A stretch of 22,395 nt of DNA from a bacterium (GTDB lineage: Bacteria > Arandabacterota > Arandabacteria > Arandabacterales > JALGWA01): positions 1 to 22,395 of the forward strand of contig JASFEA010000038.1 in NCBI GenBank assembly GCA_050125095.1, given 5' to 3'. The notes under the pieces were generated by a model. It had not been told where the DNA came from. It was given only the letters and a program-made list of their open reading frames with translations, and ran no database searches. Positions 1 through 6,312 of the stretch are shown here, piece by piece. Within the stretch, counting starts at the first letter, position 1, and each line of letters opens with the position of its first letter. The translations under genes and the position numbers were made by a program.

Positions 1-306
1 GGTATGGTCTGGGAATTCGTTGAAGAAGACTCCATTTACGCGGGCAAGACCACCATGTTCGTCACCAATGACCACGGCCGCCACACGGACGATTGGACCG
101 GCCACGGCTGCGAGTGCGAGGGCTGCCGGACCATACAGCTTCTGGCCATAGGTCCGGACATAAAGGAAGGCTTCGTATCGACTACGCCGCGCACGCTATG
201 CGACATAGTCCCCACCGTCGGGGAGCTCATGGGATTCTGTCCCGAGAAGTCTACCGGCAGCCCGATGCTCGAACTCCTCAAGGCTCCCCGGGAGGAAATC
301 GACTGA
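1..306 (+). CDS. Alkaline phosphatase/sulfatase-superfamily metalloenzyme, C-terminal fragment (5' end outside window)
   Basis: Frame is open from base 1 (GGT ATG...). Contains TTMFVTNDHGRH (DHG metal-ligand motif), a later HG, LLAIGPD and DIVPTVGELMG, typical of the C-terminal core of this superfamily. Stop TGA at 304-306. Confidence 0.7.
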   Translation, partial: GMVWEFVEEDSIYAGKTTMFVTNDHGRHTDDWTGHGCECEGCRTIQLLAIGPDIKEGFVSTTPRTLCDIVPTVGELMGFCPEKSTGSPMLELLKAPREEID

Positions 307-327
307 AACGCCTCGACCGCCTCCAGA

Positions 328-356
328 TTGACAACCCGGAGAGCCGCGGTTAGAGT
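328..356 (+). promoter_or_regulatory. sigma70-type promoter for the serine hydrolase gene
   Basis: TTGACA (328-333), 17-nt spacer, TAGAGT (351-356) in the intergenic gap, about 80 nt upstream of ATG 439. Confidence 0.65.
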
Positions 357-438
357 GAAGACGCTGTAGCAGGCGTCCATGCCGCGGTCGATGTGGCTCA
401 GGCAGGACCCCTGGTTCCGATCTCCCGGGAGGCTGACC

Positions 439-2010
439 ATGAAAATCACAAAGCTCCTTGCGACACCCACGGCAATCGCTCTCGCACTGCTTGCTGTGGC
501 CGCAGTCGGACACGCCCAGACGTCGGTTCCGGTCGGACGGGTGCCCAACGAGAAGTTCAGCGACGTGCGCTCGGTAATAGGGGACGCAATCGCCGATATG
601 ACCATACCGTCGGCGGCCGTGGGAGTGGCGCAGGGCGGCAAGATAGTCTGGCTGGAGGGCTTCGGATGGGCTGACGGGCCGGCAAGGCGCAGGACCACGG
701 CCCATACCCCCTACCCCATAGCGTACATTACCAAACCTCTGACGGCAACCGCCGTGATGATGCTGGCCGAGCGAGGCGAAATAGACCTGGATAGTCCTGT
801 CGAGCATTACATGATACCCCTTGAGTTCAAGTCATACGGCGGCGAGTCACGGGATGTCACCATAAGGCATCTTCTCAATCATACCTCTGGCCTGCCGATG
901 CATTTCAACTACTTCTACGAGGACGAGGGCTATGACCCGCCCGGCATAGAGGAAACGGTCGAGCGATACGGCATACTGCTGCACCCTCCCGGCGAGGTCT
1001 TCCAGTACGCCAACCTGGGATACGGCATCCTGGGCCATATCATCTCGGAGGTCACGGGCAGACCCTTCGACGAGTTCATGCTGGAAGAGGTCATGGCGCC
1101 GCTCGGAATGGTGACGTCCTGGGTCGGGCTCAATCCCGAGTACGCCCGTCTTGCGGCAGTTAAGTATGACCTTGACATGGAGAGCATACCGGGAATACGC
1201 ACCGATACGCCGGGCGCAGCCGAGGGTTTCTCCACCGCCTATGACCTGCTTCGCTTCGGGATGCTGCATCTCAAGAACAAAATGCCGGGATCGCCCCAGT
1301 TATTAAGCCACGCCGCCATCGACGCCATGCATACCCAAACGGATGCCGGCGCCCAGTACCCGTCGGACGACCTCTACGGTCTCGGCTGGTTCTTCAAGGA
1401 GAACGACAACGGCTACCGAACCGTCTGGCATGAAGGCGGCATAGGCGGGGCGAGGTGCATACTCAAGCTGGTCCCGGCAGAGGGTATCGCGGTGGTTGTG
1501 CTCCTTAACGTCTATAACGACGAATTCCCGCCCGGGCGCATAGCCGACATGATACTCGGCACACTCCTCCCCGAGTACGGGGGCAATCCGGAAGGGGGCG
1601 CCGCCCCGAGCCAGTCCGGGTTCAGCGAGTACGAAGCCGCGCCGGAGTTCACCGGCACGTGGAGGGGCGAGATCAAGACCTACGAGGGCGGCGTACCCGT
1701 GTACATGGTCTTTCAGGAGGACGGCGATATTCACTTCCTCAAGCCGCTCGACGTCGACAGGACCTGGGTGCTGCAAAACCAGTACCTCTTCGACAGGGTG
1801 CTCAATAACACCGGCATCGCCGGTAACCGCATCTACGGGTGGGTTGACGCCCGGGTGCCCACCGGGGACGCCATGCGCCGGCCCCATGTCGCGGTCCTGG
1901 ACATAGTGCGCGACGGGGACAGGCTGGCCGGCTCATTGACCGCAATATCGGCCGCGGAGAGAATGTACTACGGCCTGTCATATTACATCTCGCTTGAGAA
2001 GCAGGACTGA
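439..2010 (+). CDS. Secreted beta-lactamase-family (class C/AmpC-like, PBP fold) serine hydrolase homologue with extra C-terminal domain; SxxK serine replaced by Tyr
   Basis: GGGAGG RBS precedes ATG 439, preferred over the ORF-track start at 379. Signal peptide MKITKLLATPTAIALALLAVAAVGHA. Family motifs PIAYITK (normally IASxTK), LLNHTSG, FQYANLGY (YxN), YGLGW and WHEGG. Confidence 0.85.
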   Translation: MKITKLLATPTAIALALLAVAAVGHAQTSVPVGRVPNEKFSDVRSVIGDAIADMTIPSAAVGVAQGGKIVWLEGFGWADGPARRRTTAHTPYPIAYITKPLTATAVMMLAERGEIDLDSPVEHYMIPLEFKSYGGESRDVTIRHLLNHTSGLPMHFNYFYEDEGYDPPGIEETVERYGILLHPPGEVFQYANLGYGILGHIISEVTGRPFDEFMLEEVMAPLGMVTSWVGLNPEYARLAAVKYDLDMESIPGIRTDTPGAAEGFSTAYDLLRFGMLHLKNKMPGSPQLLSHAAIDAMHTQTDAGAQYPSDDLYGLGWFFKENDNGYRTVWHEGGIGGARCILKLVPAEGIAVVVLLNVYNDEFPPGRIADMILGTLLPEYGGNPEGGAAPSQSGFSEYEAAPEFTGTWRGEIKTYEGGVPVYMVFQEDGDIHFLKPLDVDRTWVLQNQYLFDRVLNNTGIAGNRIYGWVDARVPTGDAMRRPHVAVLDIVRDGDRLAGSLTAISAAERMYYGLSYYISLEKQD

Positions 2011-2022
2011 ACGGTTTCCGCA

Positions 2023-2063
2023 GGAGCCGGATCGATTGCCCGACGCCGCCCGCGTCCGGCTCC
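2023..2063. terminator. Inverted repeat between convergent genes, possible terminator or 3' stabilising hairpin
   Basis: GGAGCCGGA (2023-2031) pairs perfectly with TCCGGCTCC (2055-2063) in the gap between the two stop codons. No U-tract on either side. Confidence 0.35.
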
Positions 2064-2064
2064 G

Positions 2065-3189
2065 CTAGCGAAGCAGTACTAACTTGCCTGTCGCATCCGG
2101 GGCGTCCCCGGACTTAAGATGATAAAAGTAGATCCCCTCTGCCACCTGCCTGCCGGCCGAGTCGGTCCCGTCCCAGGAGAGGACCCGGGCGCCGGCACCA
2201 GGCAACTCCGCCCCGCATCTCCGAATGAGCCTGCCGCGCATGTCATAGATCACCATCTCTGCCCGCCCGGCCGCGGGGACGGTGAACTCAAGGGACACCC
2301 TGTCGCCGAAGGGATTGGGCCCCAAGCAGTATTCTCGCAGAAGCCGGTCACGCGGCACGCCCGGCACGCCGGCTGCGCAGTCTATCTCGAAGGTGAGGGT
2401 GTCGCATACGAGCACGGTGGCCCATCCTCCCTCACCGGGGCCGCTCTGGTGAAAGCTCTCCTCGGTGAGCGCGAACCTGCAGTTATAGTGTCCCCCGGGC
2501 AGGGTCGTCTGGCCGTAACAGAGCCTCTCGATCTCGGCGTACACGCCCACCTCCGTAGGGCCCACGTCCTCGTCATAAGCCGGATCGCTCGCGAAGCCCG
2601 TCACGGTGCTCCATTCGACCGGACTGTCGCAGCTCCCCCTCGTCCGCTGGTCCTCCCACCACAGGACATGGTAGGAGCTCGTCGAGGCGAAGTCGAGTTC
2701 GGCAGCCCCGAAGCGGTCGGTCGTGAAGAAGTCGAAGACGAGATAACCCTCATATATGTAATCCGGATCGTCTCTATGGGCCTCGTAGTCCGCATCATTG
2801 CTGTTCCCGGGGTTCGGCGCAACCCGCCACCAGCGGCCGGCATAGCCGATTCGCTCATTCGTGGTATCGTCCCCGGCGCTCCCCCAGATCCCCTCGGGCT
2901 TGCCCACGAGCTTTATCTGGTAGGCGAAGTTGGGCTTAAGATCCGTGGCGGTGAGATGCCCGGCGAAGACCGAGTCCCGGCAGCGATCGAAGTCCACGGT
3001 CACGCCGGCGCTGTCATATAGATAAGTCGCCTGATATGCGGGCGAATAGACATAGGTCGCCACGTCCCGCCAGCGATAGTTCGAGGCCGGACTCGGCACG
3101 AGGTCCAGGGTCTCTGCGCCGCACGGGGCGGACAGCGCCACCAGAGCCAGAGCCACCGAGAATGCGACCCGGCAATGAGCAATCGGCAT
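2065..3189 (-). CDS. Secreted hypothetical protein with C-terminal FlgD-Ig / T9SS type-A-like sorting domain
   Basis: Signal peptide ending ...LVALSAPCGA. The last ~85 aa match the FlgD_ig/CTD pattern: PNPF...IYDMRGRLIR...LSWDGTDSAGRQVAEGIYFYHL...KLVLLR. AGGGGG RBS-like run upstream. Confidence 0.8.
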   Translation of the reverse strand: MPIAHCRVAFSVALALVALSAPCGAETLDLVPSPASNYRWRDVATYVYSPAYQATYLYDSAGVTVDFDRCRDSVFAGHLTATDLKPNFAYQIKLVGKPEGIWGSAGDDTTNERIGYAGRWWRVAPNPGNSNDADYEAHRDDPDYIYEGYLVFDFFTTDRFGAAELDFASTSSYHVLWWEDQRTRGSCDSPVEWSTVTGFASDPAYDEDVGPTEVGVYAEIERLCYGQTTLPGGHYNCRFALTEESFHQSGPGEGGWATVLVCDTLTFEIDCAAGVPGVPRDRLLREYCLGPNPFGDRVSLEFTVPAAGRAEMVIYDMRGRLIRRCGAELPGAGARVLSWDGTDSAGRQVAEGIYFYHLKSGDAPDATGKLVLLR

Positions 3190-3229
3190 ATGGGCCCCCT
3201 ATCCGCAATACATACTGATTTCAGGATAG

Positions 3230-3240
3230 ATTATAACACA
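3230..3240 (-). promoter_or_regulatory. Extended -10 promoter for the FlgD-CTD protein gene
   Basis: Minus strand reads TGTG-T-TATAAT, a perfect TRTGnTATAAT, about 40 nt upstream of ATG 3189. No convincing -35 element. Confidence 0.6.
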
Positions 3241-3275
3241 GTGGGAGGCCTCAGTCGCTGCAGAAAGGGTCGATT

Positions 3276-4637
3276 CTAAGGGTAGCCCGGTTCGGGGGCG
3301 CATGCGGGATTCCTGGCCTCCATCCCGGCAAGCGTCTCGTCAAGGGCAGCCACGATGGTGTTCATGCCCTCCTCGTCTATGATGATGGGAGGAGCCAGCC
3401 TGAGGTTGGTGCAGTGCGTCTCCTTGGCATAGACTCCATGCCGTAGCATACCGGCGCTGAGGTCATGGCCGTCGTATTGGGGATGTATCTCGAGGCCGAA
3501 CAGGAGCCCCTTGCCCCTCACTTCCTTGACCTTCTCCGGGTATTTGCGGGCGACCTCGTCCAGTCTGCCGCGCATGTATTTGCCCTTCTCCGAGGCCATC
3601 CGGGTGATCTTGCGCCGCTTGAGCTCGGAAAGCGTCAGCATGCCCACGTAGGCCGCGAGCGGGAAGCCGCCGAAGGTGCTGCCCTCGCTATGAGGCACGA
3701 AGAGCTCCATGATCTCCTTCTTGCCGCACAGACAGCTTATGGGAAGGAAACCCGCGCTCATGGCCTTGCCCAGGGTGAGGAGATCGGGCATCTCCAGACC
3801 GTAGAGCTGCCAGGCAAAATCTGTCCCGCATCTTCCGAAACCCGTCTGGACCTCGTCGAGCACGAAGAGGATGTTATTCTCTTTCGCCAGCTGCTGCACC
3901 TTCTTGAGATAGTCGTCGTCCGGAATGAAGATGCCGGCCTCGGCCTGTATGGGCTCTAAGAAGATGGCCGCCACCGAACCCGCATGTTCCCCGATCTTGG
4001 CCTCTATGGCATCAACATCATTGAACGGCACATGGTCGACCCCGGGAAGCAATGGTCCCACGTCCTGTTTCGAAACCTCGTCAGTCATCAGGGTGGTGGA
4101 ACCGAAGCCCCTGCCGTGGAAGGAGTTCTTGGCGGAGATTATCACGGGTATATCGGGGGGCTTGATCCCCTTGCCGTCTTTGCCGCCGTACCGGCGCCCC
4201 CATTTTCTTATTGCCTTGATCGCCGCTTCATTGGCCTCGGTGCCGCTGCTCTTGGGAAGGAACATGTCGTATCCCGTATATTCCTTGAGCGCCACCAGCC
4301 AGGGGCCAAGATACTCGTGCGATATCGAGCGCGGGATCGTGGCCATCCTGCCAATGAAGTCCTGAATGCCCTCCACCATGACCCTGTCGCTATGGCCGAA
4401 GGGGACCGCCGAGTAACAGGCAAGAGCGTCCACTATTTCCCGCTCTTCCTCCCGCCCGTCGCCCGTTGTCATGCGGACCTTGAGCATATAGGGCGTGGAA
4501 CCCGCGCCCAGCACCAGCACCCCGTCCAGCGGCTTATAGATATGCGCGCCCAGGTCATTGAGCGCCCTGTTATGATCTTCGATAGTCCATTCGCTGATGG
4601 GCTTGCCGCCCACCTTAACGTCGTTCAGATTAGTCAT
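3276..4637 (-). CDS. rocD: Class III PLP aminotransferase, ornithine--oxo-acid transaminase-like
   Basis: GAHIYKPL, YSAVPFGH, IRKWG, FHGR, EPIQAEAG, DEVQTGFGR, LGKA (PLP lysine), GSTFGG, VRGKGL and AKETH..LRLAPP match OAT/RocD better than ArgD. GAGG lies 9 nt before ATG 4637; the ORF-track TTG at 4646 abuts that RBS. Confidence 0.75.
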   Translation of the reverse strand: MTNLNDVKVGGKPISEWTIEDHNRALNDLGAHIYKPLDGVLVLGAGSTPYMLKVRMTTGDGREEEREIVDALACYSAVPFGHSDRVMVEGIQDFIGRMATIPRSISHEYLGPWLVALKEYTGYDMFLPKSSGTEANEAAIKAIRKWGRRYGGKDGKGIKPPDIPVIISAKNSFHGRGFGSTTLMTDEVSKQDVGPLLPGVDHVPFNDVDAIEAKIGEHAGSVAAIFLEPIQAEAGIFIPDDDYLKKVQQLAKENNILFVLDEVQTGFGRCGTDFAWQLYGLEMPDLLTLGKAMSAGFLPISCLCGKKEIMELFVPHSEGSTFGGFPLAAYVGMLTLSELKRRKITRMASEKGKYMRGRLDEVARKYPEKVKEVRGKGLLFGLEIHPQYDGHDLSAGMLRHGVYAKETHCTNLRLAPPIIIDEEGMNTIVAALDETLAGMEARNPACAPEPGYP

Positions 4638-4702
4638 ATCCGCCAACCTCTAGGATGCGAGACCGGGTCACCTGATACGCTGATTCAAGTATCGGATGGT
4701 AT

Positions 4703-4776
4703 TGGCTGGGGTGGGAGGAGTCGAACCCCCACAAACAGATCCAGAGTCTGCTGTCCTGCCATTAGACGACACCCCA
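4703..4776 (-). tRNA. tRNA-Gln (anticodon CTG) with encoded CCA
   Basis: Minus strand TGGGGTGTCGTCTAATGGCAGGACAGCAGACTCTGGATCTGTTTGTGGGGGTTCGACTCCTCCCACCCCAGCCA: acceptor stem TGGGGTG/CACCCCA, anticodon arm GCAGA-CT-CTG-GA-TCTGT, T-loop TTCGACT, 74 nt. Confidence 0.97.
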
Positions 4777-4792
4777 GCGAAGTGCCTGACCT

Positions 4793-4821
4793 AATATATC
4801 TTCGGCCCATGGGGCTGTCAA
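4793..4821 (-). promoter_or_regulatory. sigma70-type promoter of tRNA-Gln
   Basis: TTGACA (4821-4816), 17-nt spacer, TATATT (4798-4793), ending 16 nt upstream of the tRNA 5' end. Confidence 0.8.
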
Positions 4822-4848
4822 GTTGAATGGGCGGGGCCTGTGCCGTCT

Positions 4849-6312
4849 CTACGCGTAGGTCTTGCGCGCTCTGGCCAGCCTCTCAAGGACCTTGTCCTTG
4901 CCGAGAAGCGTCATCACTTCGAATATGCCCGGGCTGTGGCGGCGGCCCGTTAGAGCCACCCGCACCGGATGTATAAGCTCGCCGGCCTTGAGGCCCATCT
5001 CGCCGGCGAGGCCGCGCATGACCTCTTCGATGCCGAGCTCGTTGTAGGCATGGAGTTTCTGGAGGCGGTCTTCCAGTATCCTGAAGGCCGGGCCGACATA
5101 GTGGCGCCTCAAGAACTTCTCGCCGGCCTTCTCTTCGTATTCGACTTCGTCCAGGAAAAAGAAATCCGAGAGCTCGACTATGTCCCGAGGCATCTTGAGG
5201 CGGTCGCCCACAACCTCGACGACGCGCCTGATGAAAGCCAGCTTCTCACCGTCGACCGGCTGCTTGACAAGCCCTGCCGCTTCCAGGTGAGGCGTCACGA
5301 GCTGTACCCTCTTCTCCACGGGCCCCCTCTTCATGTGCTCGCCGTTCATCCAGAGGAGCTTCTTGTAATCGAAGATGGCGGGCGTGTCGCTCACTCTATC
5401 CAGGGAGAACTTCTCAACGAGCTCGCCGGTGGTGAATAGCTGCGCCGAGTCGTCATAGGACCAGCCGAGAAGCGCGAGGTAGTTCACCATCGCCTCCGGC
5501 AGATAGCCGTCGTCCCTGAACTGCTGTATGGACGTGGAACCATGGCGCTTGCTGAGTCTGGCCTTGTCCGGCCCCATGATAAGCGGTACATGGGCCAAAG
5601 CCGGCGGCGTTATGCCCAGGGCTTCATATATGAGCACCTGCCGCGGCGTGTTGGAGAGATGGTCGTCGCCCCTTATGATATGGGTTATCTTCATTCGTGA
5701 GTCGTCAACCGCGCAAGCGAAGTTGTAAGTCGGATAGCCGTCCGACTTGACGATGATGAAATCGTCGATCTGCGTGGCCGGAACCGCTATTCTGCCGTGC
5801 ACCAGGTCGTCGAACTCAATCGTCCCCTCATCGGAAGTCTTGAGCCTCATGACATGCGGCCTGCCCTCGGCCAGGAGGTCCCCGACGGTCGCCGCGTCCA
5901 GATCCCTGCACTTCCTGTCATACCTGGGATCCTGTCCGAGTTTTCTCATGGCCTCCCTGCGCTCCGCGAGTTCGTCCGCGGTGCAGAAACACGGGTAGGC
6001 AAGTCCTTCCGCCCCGAGTCTCCCGGCCGATTCCCTGTAGCCGTCCCTCCGCTCCGACTGCAGATAGGGTCCCCACTCGCCGCCCACTTCGGGCCCCTCG
6101 TCCCAGTCGAGCCCCAGCCATCTCATCGCGCTGACTATCCCGCGATAAGACTCCTCCGTCGAGCGTTCCTGGTCCGTGTCCTCTATACGCAGTATGAACG
6201 AGCCGCCCTTGCTCCGGGCAAAAAGCCAGTTGAAGAGGGCCGTGCGCGCCCCGCCGACATGTAGGTGGCCCGTGGGGCTGGGCGCGAATCTCACTCTCAC
6301 ATTCTCGCTCAT
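4849..6312 (-). CDS. gltX: Glutamate--tRNA ligase
   Basis: VRVRFAPSPTGHLHVGG (HIGH), LRIEDTD, YPCFCT...YDRKC zinc-site region, RGDDH and LSKRHG (KMSKS-type). ATGA overlap with the rnr stop. Confidence 0.97.
   Translation of the reverse strand: MSENVRVRFAPSPTGHLHVGGARTALFNWLFARSKGGSFILRIEDTDQERSTEESYRGIVSAMRWLGLDWDEGPEVGGEWGPYLQSERRDGYRESAGRLGAEGLAYPCFCTADELAERREAMRKLGQDPRYDRKCRDLDAATVGDLLAEGRPHVMRLKTSDEGTIEFDDLVHGRIAVPATQIDDFIIVKSDGYPTYNFACAVDDSRMKITHIIRGDDHLSNTPRQVLIYEALGITPPALAHVPLIMGPDKARLSKRHGSTSIQQFRDDGYLPEAMVNYLALLGWSYDDSAQLFTTGELVEKFSLDRVSDTPAIFDYKKLLWMNGEHMKRGPVEKRVQLVTPHLEAAGLVKQPVDGEKLAFIRRVVEVVGDRLKMPRDIVELSDFFFLDEVEYEEKAGEKFLRRHYVGPAFRILEDRLQKLHAYNELGIEEVMRGLAGEMGLKAGELIHPVRVALTGRRHSPGIFEVMTLLGKDKVLERLARARKTYA

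Noticed and set aside
379..438. ORF-track N-terminal extension of the serine hydrolase
   Set aside because: ATG 439 has a GGGAGG RBS and begins a clean signal peptide.
36..807. Minus-strand ORFs 36-698 and 196-807
   Set aside because: They overlap two well-supported plus-strand genes and their promoter, and have no recognisable protein features.
3241..3248. GTGGGAGG matching part of the tRNA-Gln 3' half, as a possible att site flanking rocD
   Set aside because: Only 8 bp, does not include the tRNA 3' terminus, and is expected by chance.
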